Assembly: GCA_034520945.1 (NCBI GenBank)
Contig: JAXHNB010000006.1
Coordinates: 800,001 to 864,000 of the forward strand
From: Trueperaceae bacterium
GTDB taxonomy: Bacteria > Deinococcota > Deinococci > Deinococcales > Trueperaceae
Length of the DNA: 64,000 nt
Direction: 5' to 3'
The notes beneath the pieces are model-generated. The model had not been told where the DNA came from and made no database searches. It saw only the letters and a list, made by a program, of their open reading frames with translations. Shown here in pieces: positions 49,854-58,884 of this stretch (position 1 is its first letter; each line of letters opens with the position of its first letter). Position numbers and translations under genes: made by a program.

Positions 49854-49929
49854 CGGCGCTCGCCTCCTCGCATGGCGCCATCCTATCCGAGGCGGGCGCG
49901 GAGGGACGGGCGCGGCCGGGGCGGAATCC

Positions 49930-52140
49930 TCAGACCACCGGCACGGGCCGCGCGAACACCAACTCGTCGTTCTCGACCGTGACCACGATCGGCTCTTCGC
50001 TGCCGCCGCGCAGCAACTCCAGCGAAAGCGGGTCCTCGATGTGCTCGCGCAGGACGGCCCGCAACGGGCGTGCGCTCTGGCCGGCCGGCACGCGGCGCAC
50101 CAACCACTCGGCGACTTCGTTCGCGAAGGTGACGTCGATGTCGCGGCTCGCCAGCTCCTCGCGAATCTCCTCCAGCATCTGACCCGTGATGTGCAGGATC
50201 GCGGCCTCGTCGAAGGTCTCGAAGGCGATCACCTCGTCCAGCCGGTCCAGGAACTCCGGCGCGAACAGCGCCTTGAGGGGCGCCTCGGCGTCCACGACCT
50301 TGTTGTCGTCCTGGAAGCCGACGTTGGGCCCGGTATTGAAGCCGGTGTTGCTGGTCATGATCAGGATCACCCGGCGGAAGTCGACCGTGCGGCCCAGGCC
50401 GTCGGTCAAGCGTCCGTCGTCCAGAACCTGCAAAAAGGTGTTGTAGATGTCCGGATGCGCCTTCTCGATCTCGTCGAGAAGCACCACGCTGAACGGTTGA
50501 CGCCGCACCGCCTCGGTGAGGCGGCCGCCCTGCTCGTGCCCGACGTATCCGGGCGGAGAGCCGATGAGCTTGCTGGTGGCGTGCGCCTCCTGGTACTCGC
50601 TCATGTCGAGCCGGACCAGGGCGCGTTCGCTACCGAACAGCTCGACCGCGAGCTGCTTGGCGAGGAAGGTCTTGCCGACGCCCGAGGGCCCGACGAACAG
50701 GAACGACGCCGACACGCGGGCGCGGCCGCCCAAGCCGACCCGGGCGCGGCGCAAGGCCGAGGCCAGGGCCCCGATCGCCTTGTCCTGCCCGATCACGGCC
50801 TGACGCAGGTGCTGCTCGATGTTGGCGAGCTTGCCGATGTCGGTCTCGTCGACGTACACGCCACCCCAGGAGTTCACGACGGACTCGATGTCCTCGCGGC
50901 TCACCACCGGCGTGCCGTCCTCGGATTCGTGCACGGCGAACCCCAGCGATTTGTTCAACCGGGTGCGGGCCGCCGCCTCGTCGATCAGGTCGATCGCTTT
51001 GTCGGGGAAGTTCCGGCCCGGCAGGCCCCGTTCGCCGAAGCGGACCGACAACTCCAGGATGGCCGGCGGGATGGTGACGCCGTGGTGGTGCTCGTAGCGC
51101 TCCCGCAGGCCGCGCAGGATCTCGAGCGACTCCTCGGGCGACGGCTCCAGCACGATCACCGGCTGGAAGCGGCGCTCCAGTGCGGCGTCCTTCTCGATGT
51201 AGCGGTGATACTCGCCGGTGGTGGTGGCGCCGATCACCTGGACCTCGCCCCGCGAGAGCGGCGGCTTGAGAATGTTGGCCGCGTCCAGCGTCCCCTCCGC
51301 GCCGCCGGCCCCGACGAGGGTGTGCAGCTCGTCGATGAAGGCGATCACCTTGGCGCCCCGAAGCTCCTCGATCACCTGCCGCAGGCGCTCCTCGAACTCG
51401 CCGCGGTATTTGGTGCCGGCCACCACGTTGGAGAGATCGATCGACAGCACGCGGCACGACGCCAGGTTGGGCGGCACGCGGCCGTCGATCACCTGTTGCG
51501 CCAGCCCCTCCACGATGGCGGTCTTGCCGACGCCCGGCTCGCCGATCAGCACCGGGTTGTTCTTGGTCCGGCGCGAGAGAATCTGGATCACGCGGCGGAT
51601 CTCCTCGGTGCGTCCGATGACGGGATCCAAGCGGCCCTCGCGCGCCTCCTTGGTGAGGTCCCGCGCGTACTCGTCCAAGAAGGGCGTGTTGGCCTCTTCC
51701 GGCTGCTGCTTGGGGTCGGTGGCCGCCAGAATGCGCCAACGTACCGTGTCCACGTCACGCGTGAGCTGCTGCAGGATGCGGTACGCCACGCCGTCGCCTT
51801 CGCGGATGATGCCGAGCAGGATGTGTTCGGTCGCGATGACGTTGCTGCCGAGGCTGCGCGCTTCGCTGCCGGCCAACTCCATGACGCGGCGGGCGCGCGG
51901 CGTGATCGCGGCCGTCTCGTTGCGGGGCAGGCCGTCGCCCCGGCCGACCATCTCCTCGACCTGGCCGCGGAAGCCCTCCAGGGTCGCGCCGAACTCGGAG
52001 AGCACCTTGGAGGCGGTCCCGCCCTCGCGCATCAGGCCCAGCAACAGGTGCTCGGGGCCGATCATGGCGTGACCGAGCTTGGAGCCCTCCTCACGGGCAA
52101 AGTGGAACACCAAGCGGGCGCGGTCGTCGTAGCGGTTCAA
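49930..52140 (-). CDS. clpC: ClpC/ClpA-type ATP-dependent Clp protease ATPase lacking the middle coiled coil
   Basis: Double Clp-N repeat; GEPGVGKT and [11 protein letters not shown] ClpP loop; TTG start with GGGGGA SD. Confidence 0.88.
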   Translation of the reverse strand: MNRYDDRARLVFHFAREEGSKLGHAMIGPEHLLLGLMREGGTASKVLSEFGATLEGFRGQVEEMVGRGDGLPRNETAAITPRARRVMELAGSEARSLGSNVIATEHILLGIIREGDGVAYRILQQLTRDVDTVRWRILAATDPKQQPEEANTPFLDEYARDLTKEAREGRLDPVIGRTEEIRRVIQILSRRTKNNPVLIGEPGVGKTAIVEGLAQQVIDGRVPPNLASCRVLSIDLSNVVAGTKYRGEFEERLRQVIEELRGAKVIAFIDELHTLVGAGGAEGTLDAANILKPPLSRGEVQVIGATTTGEYHRYIEKDAALERRFQPVIVLEPSPEESLEILRGLRERYEHHHGVTIPPAILELSVRFGERGLPGRNFPDKAIDLIDEAAARTRLNKSLGFAVHESEDGTPVVSREDIESVVNSWGGVYVDETDIGKLANIEQHLRQAVIGQDKAIGALASALRRARVGLGGRARVSASFLFVGPSGVGKTFLAKQLAVELFGSERALVRLDMSEYQEAHATSKLIGSPPGYVGHEQGGRLTEAVRRQPFSVVLLDEIEKAHPDIYNTFLQVLDDGRLTDGLGRTVDFRRVILIMTSNTGFNTGPNVGFQDDNKVVDAEAPLKALFAPEFLDRLDEVIAFETFDEAAILHITGQMLEEIREELASRDIDVTFANEVAEWLVRRVPAGQSARPLRAVLREHIEDPLSLELLRGGSEEPIVVTVENDELVFARPVPVV

Positions 52141-52205
52141 GTGAATCCCCCGATTCCGCCGGACCTGCGTCGGCTGCGGCGTCGCGTCGCGTTCCGCGTC
52201 TCCAT
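52137..52205 (-). CDS. Putative 22-aa Arg-rich leaderless peptide coupled to clpC
   Basis: TACTAT-6 nt-[28 protein letters not shown] overlaps the clpC TTG. Confidence 0.4.
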   Translation of the reverse strand: METRNATRRRSRRRSGGIGGFT

Positions 52206-52210
52206 GGTGC

Positions 52211-52217
52211 TATAGTA
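52211..52217. promoter_or_regulatory. Overlapping divergent -10 boxes for glyQS (+) and clpC (-)
   Basis: TATAGT on + (52211-52216) and TACTAT on - (52212-52217) share the same AT patch. Confidence 0.6.
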
Positions 52218-52364
52218 CGCGCTCGTGCATGGGCCAGGAAGGACGTCGATTACGTTCCCTTCATGCAACGCCGGGGAACCGGCCGTCCAGCCCCATCCAC
52301 GCGCGGGGGGATGGAGCGCCCGCGCACCCCTTGGGCACGTATCCGCACTCACTCGGGAGTCCTC

Positions 52365-53222
52365 ATGCTGTTCCAGGATATCACCCTTACCCTCGACCGA
52401 TTCTGGGCGGAGCAGGGGTGCGTCCTCGCCCCCCCGCACGACGGTGAGGTCGGCGCGGGCACCTTCTACCCGACCACCTTCTTGCGGGCACTGGGCGAGG
52501 CGCCGTGGCGCGTCGCCGGCATCGCCCCCAGCCGCCGGCCGACCGACGGGCGCTACGGTGACAATCCCTACCGCTTCCAGTTCTTCTATCAGTACCAGGT
52601 CGTCCTCAAACCCAGTCCCGCCGACGTACAGGACGTGTACCTCGCCTCGCTGAAGGCGCTCGGCATCGACGCGGCTGCGCACGACGTTCGTTTCGTGGAG
52701 GACGACTGGGAGTCGCCCACGCTGGGTGCCTGGGGGCTCGGCTGGGAGGTGTGGATGGACGGCATGGAGATCACGCAGTTCACCTACTTCCAGCAGGTGG
52801 GCGGCCACGACTGCCGGCCGGTGTCGGTCGAGCTCACCTACGGGCTCGAACGGATCGCCATGTACCTCCAGGGCGTCCGGCACTCCTTCGACCTGCAGGT
52901 CGCGCCCGGCGTGAGCATGGGCGACCTCCGGCGCGACTTCGAGGTGCAGCACTGCCGCTACAACTTCGAGGAGAGCGATCCGGACCTGCAGCGTCTGCTG
53001 TTCGACCGCTACGAGGCGGAGGCCCGCCGCCTGACGCTGGAGGGCATGGTGTACCCCGGCTACGACTTCGTGCTCAAGGCGTCGCACGCCTTCAATCTGT
53101 TGGACGCGCGCGGCGTGCTTTCGCAGACCGAGCGGCAGGGCTACGTCCAACGCGTTCGGCGCCTGGCCGAGGCGACCGCCAAGGCCTACCTGGCGCCCTC
53201 GTCCGAGGAGGCGGCCGCCTGA
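52365..53222 (+). CDS. glyQ: Glycine--tRNA ligase alpha subunit
   Basis: [47 protein letters not shown]. Confidence 0.97.
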   Translation: MLFQDITLTLDRFWAEQGCVLAPPHDGEVGAGTFYPTTFLRALGEAPWRVAGIAPSRRPTDGRYGDNPYRFQFFYQYQVVLKPSPADVQDVYLASLKALGIDAAAHDVRFVEDDWESPTLGAWGLGWEVWMDGMEITQFTYFQQVGGHDCRPVSVELTYGLERIAMYLQGVRHSFDLQVAPGVSMGDLRRDFEVQHCRYNFEESDPDLQRLLFDRYEAEARRLTLEGMVYPGYDFVLKASHAFNLLDARGVLSQTERQGYVQRVRRLAEATAKAYLAPSSEEAAA

Positions 53223-55342
53223 TGGCGACCGTGCTGTTCGAAATCGGCACCGAGGAACTGCCGAGCTGGTACGTGCGGCAGGGCCGAGGGGAGCTGGTGC
53301 GCTTGGTGCAATCGCGGCTGGCCGAGGTGCACCTGAGCCACGGCGCCGTTCACGGGTACGCCACGCCACGGCGTTTGACGATTCGGATCGACGACGTCTC
53401 CGCCGAGACCGAGCGTCGAACCGAGTCGCGCCGCGGCCCCAGCGCCCGCGTCGCCTTCGACGAGGGCGGCCGGCCCAGCAAGGCCGCCAGCGGGTTCGCG
53501 CGTGGGCTGGGCGTGGACCCGGGGGCGCTGGTGGTGGAGGAGACCGACAAGGGTCCGTACGCGTTCGCCCGCATCGAGCGCGGAGGGGAACCGGTTCGAG
53601 ACGTCCTGCCCTCGCTGCTGGGCGGCCTGGTCGCGGCCCTGCCCGCGCCGCGCAAGATGCGCTGGGGCGAGGTCGACACGCCGTTCGTGCGCCCCGTGCG
53701 TTGGTTGCTGGCGCGTCTGGACGGCGAGGTGCTCCCGGTCGAGGCGGCCGGTGTGCGGGCCGGCGGCACCAGCTGGGGGCACCGCTTCCTGGCGCCGGGC
53801 CCGCACGAGATCGTGGGCGCCGACGACTACCTGGACGTCCTCCGCGCCGCCCACGTCCTGGCCGATCCCGACGAGCGGCACCAGGCCACCGTCCGTGCCG
53901 TCGCGGACGCCGCCGCTGAGTACGCGCTGGACCCGGTGTGGGACGCATCGCTCCTGGACGAGGTGGTCGGCCTCGTGGAGGCGCCCACCGCGATCGTGGG
54001 CCGGTTCGACACCGCCTACCTGGCCCTGCCCGACGAAGTGCTGGCCACGGTGATGATCCACCACCAACGCTTCGTGCCGTTGCGGGGCGAGGACGGCGCG
54101 TTGGCCGCGCGTTTCGTCGGCGTCAGCAACACGGCGGTGCCCGATCCCGCGGTGGTCCGTGCCGGCTACGAGGGCGTCCTGGACGGCCGCCTCTACGATG
54201 CGCGCTTCTTTTGGAACGCGGACCGAACCAAGACGTTGGCGCAGCACGCCTGGGACCTCTCCGGGATCGCGTTCCAGAAGGGCCTCGGCTCGATGGCGGA
54301 CAAGGTGACCCGCGTGCGTGACAGCGCGCCGCGGTTGGCCGAGGCGCTGGGCGCGCCGGACGAGGTGCGCACGGCGCTGGAGAAGGCACTGCCCTTGTTC
54401 CGCGCCGACCTGACGACCGAGATGGTGGGCGAGTTCCCGGAACTCGAGGGGATCATGGCCCGACGTTACGCCGAGGCGGAGGGGTTGCCCGACACCGTCG
54501 CCCGCACCCTGGAGGACGGCGTGCGCCCCTTGGTGCCCGACGGGGCGCTCCCCCTGGAAGAACCGGGCGCCATCCTTGCCGCCAGCGACCGGGCGGACAC
54601 GTTGTTGGGCTTCTTCGCGTTGGGCAAGCGTCCCAGCGGCTCGACCGACCCGTACGGGCTGCGTCGCAGCGCGGCGGCGCTGGCGCGGATCTGCGCCACC
54701 CGGGATTGGGCGCTGCCGTTGCGAGACCTGCTGCGCGGCGCGGAACGGGGCTACGTGGACGGTCCCGTCTCGCCGGGCGAGGCCGTCGTCGACGACGTCG
54801 CCGGGTTCGTGTGGGACCGCGTGGCCTCGCTCCTCGCGGAGGAGGGGATCGGCGTGACCACCGTGCGCGCCGCCACCGCGGGGGAGCCGCCGGTCATCCT
54901 GGCCGCCCGGCGTGCCCACTTGCTGAGGGCGCTGGCGGGGACCGAAGCGTTCGCCGAGTTGATGACGCTGTACAAGCGTGCCGCCAACCTGGCGGAGAAG
55001 GCCGACGAGAACGCTGTCGTGGAGCCGAGTCGCTTCGAAGCGCCGGAGGAGGCGCCCCTGTACGAGGCGCTCGCACCGGCCCGCGCGGGGGTGCAGGCAT
55101 TGCTGGAGGACCTTCGTCGGCAGCTGGCGCCGTGGAAGTTGGGCGCGGGCCCCGACCGCCGGCCGGATCCCGGCGAGGGCCTGAATCGCGTGCTCGCGCT
55201 GAAGGAGCCGCTGGATCGCTTCTTGGACGACGTCCTGGTGATGGTCGACGATCGAACCGTGCAGGCCAACCGGTTGGCCCTGCTGCGGGACACACGTGAC
55301 GTGCTCCGCGGGTTGGGCGCGCTGGAGCGTCTGGGCGGCTGA
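53222..55342 (+). CDS. glyS: Glycine--tRNA ligase beta subunit
   Basis: LFEIGTEELP, TPRRL, KMRWG...FVRP, EFPELEG, PSGSTDPYGLRR, NRLALL; TGATG overlap. Confidence 0.96.
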   Translation: MATVLFEIGTEELPSWYVRQGRGELVRLVQSRLAEVHLSHGAVHGYATPRRLTIRIDDVSAETERRTESRRGPSARVAFDEGGRPSKAASGFARGLGVDPGALVVEETDKGPYAFARIERGGEPVRDVLPSLLGGLVAALPAPRKMRWGEVDTPFVRPVRWLLARLDGEVLPVEAAGVRAGGTSWGHRFLAPGPHEIVGADDYLDVLRAAHVLADPDERHQATVRAVADAAAEYALDPVWDASLLDEVVGLVEAPTAIVGRFDTAYLALPDEVLATVMIHHQRFVPLRGEDGALAARFVGVSNTAVPDPAVVRAGYEGVLDGRLYDARFFWNADRTKTLAQHAWDLSGIAFQKGLGSMADKVTRVRDSAPRLAEALGAPDEVRTALEKALPLFRADLTTEMVGEFPELEGIMARRYAEAEGLPDTVARTLEDGVRPLVPDGALPLEEPGAILAASDRADTLLGFFALGKRPSGSTDPYGLRRSAAALARICATRDWALPLRDLLRGAERGYVDGPVSPGEAVVDDVAGFVWDRVASLLAEEGIGVTTVRAATAGEPPVILAARRAHLLRALAGTEAFAELMTLYKRAANLAEKADENAVVEPSRFEAPEEAPLYEALAPARAGVQALLEDLRRQLAPWKLGAGPDRRPDPGEGLNRVLALKEPLDRFLDDVLVMVDDRTVQANRLALLRDTRDVLRGLGALERLGG

Positions 55343-55380
55343 GTACGGCGGCACGGGGCCGAGCGACCGGGCCGCACGTC

Positions 55381-55412
55381 GACGCGCCCCCGCCGGCGGG
55401 CGGGGGCGCGTT
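55381..55412. terminator. Strong hairpin between convergent glyS and tRNA-Leu
   Basis: ACGCGCCCCCGCC-GGCG-GGCGGGGGCGCGT, a 13-bp perfect stem. Confidence 0.6.
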
Positions 55413-55414
55413 GG

Positions 55415-55501
55415 TGGTGCCGAAGGTGGGACTTGAACCCACACGACCTTGCGGTCACATGACCCTGAATCATGCGCGTCTACCAATTCCGCCACTTCGG
55501 C
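55415..55501 (-). tRNA. tRNA-Leu(CAG)
   Basis: GCCGAAGTGGCGGAATTGGTAGACGCG-CATGA-TTCAGGG-TCATG, long variable arm, GGTTCAAGTCC...GGCACCA; 87 nt. Confidence 0.97.
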
Positions 55502-55556
55502 CGGCGGCGTCGCGTACCGCTCCGGGTTTGAGCCCGGCACGATGCGACGGACACGG

Positions 55557-55585
55557 ATGATACCGCCGCTACCGCCGGCTGTCAA
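55557..55585 (-). promoter_or_regulatory. Near-consensus promoter of tRNA-Leu
   Basis: TTGACA-17 nt-TATCAT. Confidence 0.85.
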
Positions 55586-55672
55586 CGAGACGGTCACCGC
55601 CCGCCGCGTCGCCATCCACGCCGCATGGCGGGCGCACGGTAGGCTCGTCCGCGTCGGGAAAGGAGGAGGGCC

Positions 55673-56428
55673 GTGACACGAACTGCACTGGTTACCGGCG
55701 GCGCCAGCGGCATCGGCCGCGCCTGCGTCGAAACGCTCCGCGAGGTGGGATATCCCGTCGCCAGCGTGGACGTCGACGAAGCCGGAGGGCGCGAGGCCGC
55801 GCGCGCCTCGGGAGCGGCGTTCGTGCATGCCGACCTGACCGACCCGGCCGCCTGCCGTGGTGCGGTGGACCAGGCGGTCGAACGGCTCGGCGGGGTCGAC
55901 GTGCTGGTCAACGTGGCCGGCTTCCAACATCTGGCGGCGATCGACGACTTCGCGGACGAGGTGTGGGACGCGATGCTGGCGTTGATGGTGTCGGCGCCGT
56001 TCCACCTCACCAAACGGGCGTGGCCGTACCTGGTGCGCAGCGGGCACGGCCGCGTGATCCACATCGGCAGCGTGCACAGCACGGTCGCCAGCCCGTTCAA
56101 GGTCGGGTACGTCACCGCGAAGCATGCGCTGTTGGGGCACATGCGCGTGGCGGCGTTGGAGGGTGGGCCGCACGGCGTGACCTCGAACGCGGTGTGCCCG
56201 GCCTACGTGCGGACGCCGCTGGTCGAGGCGCAGATCGAGGATCAGGCACGCACGCGCGGGATCGCGCCGGCCGAGGTGGAGGAGAAGGTGTTTCTCGAGC
56301 AGGCCGCCATCAAGCGGATGCTGACGCCCCGTGACGTGGCGGCGTCGGTGCGCTGGTTGGCCAGCGAGGCGGCGTGGGGCATCACCGGGAGCGTCCACAC
56401 CATCGACCTGGGGTGGACGGCGCGTTGA
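55673..56428 (+). CDS. 3-hydroxybutyrate dehydrogenase-type SDR
   Basis: TGGASGIG, AGFQH, SVH...SPFK..YVTAKH, CPAYVRTPLV..QI; AAAGGAGG SD. Confidence 0.85.
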   Translation: MTRTALVTGGASGIGRACVETLREVGYPVASVDVDEAGGREAARASGAAFVHADLTDPAACRGAVDQAVERLGGVDVLVNVAGFQHLAAIDDFADEVWDAMLALMVSAPFHLTKRAWPYLVRSGHGRVIHIGSVHSTVASPFKVGYVTAKHALLGHMRVAALEGGPHGVTSNAVCPAYVRTPLVEAQIEDQARTRGIAPAEVEEKVFLEQAAIKRMLTPRDVAASVRWLASEAAWGITGSVHTIDLGWTAR

Positions 56429-56437
56429 GCCGGTAGC

Positions 56438-57532
56438 TCAGTCCAGGCCGACGAAGGTCCCGTCGCGCTGGAACGGTTCGCCGTCGAGGAGGATCTCGCC
56501 GCCCCGGCGGAGATCGCGGACCAGGTCCCAGTGAATCTCGCTCTGGTTCACCCCGCCGGTCTCGGCGTAGCTGCGGCCCAGCGCTAGGTGCACCGTTCCG
56601 CCGATCTTCTCGTCGAACAGGGTGCTGCCGGTCGGCCGGTCGATCTCGCGGTTGGTGCCGATGCCGAGCTCGCCCAGGCGGCGCGCGCCCGGGTCGCGGG
56701 CCAATCGCTCGTCCAGCAACGCCTGGCCCGCCTCGGCCGTGGCCTCGACCACCTCGCCGCGTGCGAAGCGTAGGGTCACACCACGCACCTCGGAGCCGCC
56801 CACGAAGCTGGGCACGTCGAAGCGGATCACGCCCTCCGCGCTGTCCTCCAGCGGGCCGGTAAACACCTCGCCCGAGGGCATGTTGCGGTGGCCGGCGCTG
56901 TTCACCCACCCTCGACCCGCGACGCGGAGTGACAGGTCGGTGCCGCCGGCACGGATACGGACCTCGTCCGCCCGGCGCAGGCGCTCGATCATGCGTTCCT
57001 GTTCGCGCTGCAGGGCACGCCACGCCGCGGCCGGATCCTCGTCGAAGAGGTGCATGGCACCGAACACGAAGCGCTGGTAGTCATCCAGGCTCATGCCCGC
57101 ATCCTGTGCGCCCGACGCGGTGGGATACAGGGTTCCCACCCAGCGGGTGTGCTCCAGGCGGTAGTCCTGGACGGGTCGCATGCGTCGTTCCAGGCGGCCG
57201 ATGCGCTCCGCGTCGGCCTGCTGCAGGGCGCGGCTGTTGCTGGGGGCGGAGACGCGGATCCAGGCGTCCGTGCGCTCCAGTTCGGCCAGCTCCAGCTCGG
57301 GGCGGGCGTCCAGGTACCGCTCCGAGGCGCAGGCGACGAGGTCCTCGCGCAGTTCCGGGTAGGCGAGATGCAGACGGGGCGTCGCTTCGCGGCTCAGCAC
57401 GCCACGAACCAGGGCGCGGGCCAGGTCGGTGGCGGGGGTTTGGACGTTCAGCGACACGACCTCGCCGGGTCGGACGGCGGTGCAGTAGTCGAGCAGCAGA
57501 TCGGCGTAGCGTTCGTGCAACGGGGTGAGCAT
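56438..57532 (-). CDS. M29 aminopeptidase (AmpS/AmpT/PepS type)
   Basis: NMPSGEVFTGP, RRLGELGIG, LFDEKIGGTVHLALG..Y, N.SEIHWD; leaderless after TATCCT. Confidence 0.92.
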   Translation of the reverse strand: MLTPLHERYADLLLDYCTAVRPGEVVSLNVQTPATDLARALVRGVLSREATPRLHLAYPELREDLVACASERYLDARPELELAELERTDAWIRVSAPSNSRALQQADAERIGRLERRMRPVQDYRLEHTRWVGTLYPTASGAQDAGMSLDDYQRFVFGAMHLFDEDPAAAWRALQREQERMIERLRRADEVRIRAGGTDLSLRVAGRGWVNSAGHRNMPSGEVFTGPLEDSAEGVIRFDVPSFVGGSEVRGVTLRFARGEVVEATAEAGQALLDERLARDPGARRLGELGIGTNREIDRPTGSTLFDEKIGGTVHLALGRSYAETGGVNQSEIHWDLVRDLRRGGEILLDGEPFQRDGTFVGLD

Positions 57533-57574
57533 GCGAAGAGGATACCTGCGTCGGCGTCACGGTACGCTCACGCC

Positions 57575-58321
57575 ATGACGCGCGGGGAACGGCTGCAGAA
57601 GGTGCTGGCACGCAGCGGCGCGGCCGCCTCCAGGCGGAAGGCGGAGGCGCTGATCGAGGCGGGGCGCGTCACGATCGGCGGCGCGGTCGCCTCGTTGGGC
57701 GCGCGCGTGCCGCCCGGCGCCGAGGTTCGAGTGGACGGCCGCGTCGTGCCGGACGCAGACCGACCCGTCGTTCTGCTTCTCCACAAGCCGCGTGGCGTGG
57801 TGAGCACCGCGCACGACCCGCAGGGCCGGCCGACGGTGATGGAGCTGGTCCCGCGCCTCCCCGGCCTGCACACGGTGGGGCGGCTGGACGCCGACAGCGA
57901 GGGGCTGCTCCTGTTGACCAACGACGGGGCGTTGACCCAGCGGTTGGCGCATCCCAGCTTCGAACACCGCAAGCGCTACCGTGCCTGGTGCGAGCCGGGC
58001 ACGGTAGCGCCCAGCGCCCTGCGTGCCCTGCGTCAAGGCGTACGGCTGGAGGACGGCCCCGCGCGGGCCGACGAAGCGTGGGCCGCCCCGGGCGGGGCGG
58101 TGGTCGAGCTGCACGAGGGGCGCAAGCGGCAGGTGCGACGCATGTTGTCGGAGGTCGGGTTCCCCGTCGTGCGGCTACAGCGCACGCGGGTCGGCGGCCT
58201 GACGTTGGGGCGGTTGCCGGAGGGCGCCTGGCGCGAAGCGAGCGAGGAGGAACGCCTACGCCTCGGGTATGATTCCGACCATGTCCTACGCCGCCGCGAC
58301 CGCGCCACGGAGGGACCGTGA
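57575..58321 (+). CDS. RsuA/RluB family pseudouridine synthase
   Basis: ERLQKVLA, SRRKAE, HKPRG, VGRLDADSEGLLLLTNDG, EGRKRQVRRM. Confidence 0.93.
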   Translation: MTRGERLQKVLARSGAAASRRKAEALIEAGRVTIGGAVASLGARVPPGAEVRVDGRVVPDADRPVVLLLHKPRGVVSTAHDPQGRPTVMELVPRLPGLHTVGRLDADSEGLLLLTNDGALTQRLAHPSFEHRKRYRAWCEPGTVAPSALRALRQGVRLEDGPARADEAWAAPGGAVVELHEGRKRQVRRMLSEVGFPVVRLQRTRVGGLTLGRLPEGAWREASEEERLRLGYDSDHVLRRRDRATEGP

Positions 58322-58884
58322 TGGCTGAGTCGACCTTCTCGCTCGGGCACGGCCAGGTGCAGATCTCCGGGGAGGAGATCCAGGCGCGGGTCGCCGCGTT
58401 GGGGCGCGAGATCGCGCGCGATCACGCCGGCCGTGAATTGCACCTGATCTGCGTCCTGAACGGCGCGTTCTTGTTCATGGCGGACCTGGTGCGCGCCATC
58501 GAGCTGCCGCTCACGGTGGACTTCCTGTCGGTGTCGAGTTACGGCAGCCGGACCGAGTCGTCGGGTGAGGTGCGGCTGGTGAAGGACCTGGACCTGAGCC
58601 TGAAGGGCCGGCACGTGGTGCTGGTGGAGGACATCGTCGATACGGGTCTCACCATGCGGTACCTGCTGCAGTACCTGGAGGGTCGTGGCCCGAAGTCCGT
58701 GAAGGTCGCCAGCCTCCTCAGCAAGCCGTCGCGGCGGCGGGTGGAGGTGCCGGTCGACTACCTGGGGTTCGAGATCGCCGACGCGTTCGTGTACGGCTAC
58801 GGGCTGGACGTCGAGCACCGCTACCGAAACCTGCCGTTCGTGACCAGCATGTCGGCGCTGGAAGCGGAGTCGTTGGGCGAGTGA
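58321..58884 (+). CDS. hpt: Hypoxanthine phosphoribosyltransferase
   Basis: VLNGAF.FMADL, VSSY, LVEDIVDTGLT, FVYGYGLD, RNLP. Confidence 0.95.
   Translation: MAESTFSLGHGQVQISGEEIQARVAALGREIARDHAGRELHLICVLNGAFLFMADLVRAIELPLTVDFLSVSSYGSRTESSGEVRLVKDLDLSLKGRHVVLVEDIVDTGLTMRYLLQYLEGRGPKSVKVASLLSKPSRRRVEVPVDYLGFEIADAFVYGYGLDVEHRYRNLPFVTSMSALEAESLGE

Noticed and set aside
52218..52364. Canonical T-box, SRP RNA or 6S RNA upstream of glyQ
   Set aside because: Signature sequences (GGTGGNACC; CAGGTCCGGAAGGAAGCAG) are absent; kept only as an unassigned structured leader.
52225..52653. 142-aa ORF starting 8 nt after TATAGT
   Set aside because: Overlaps glyQ out of frame by about 290 nt and has shadow-like composition.
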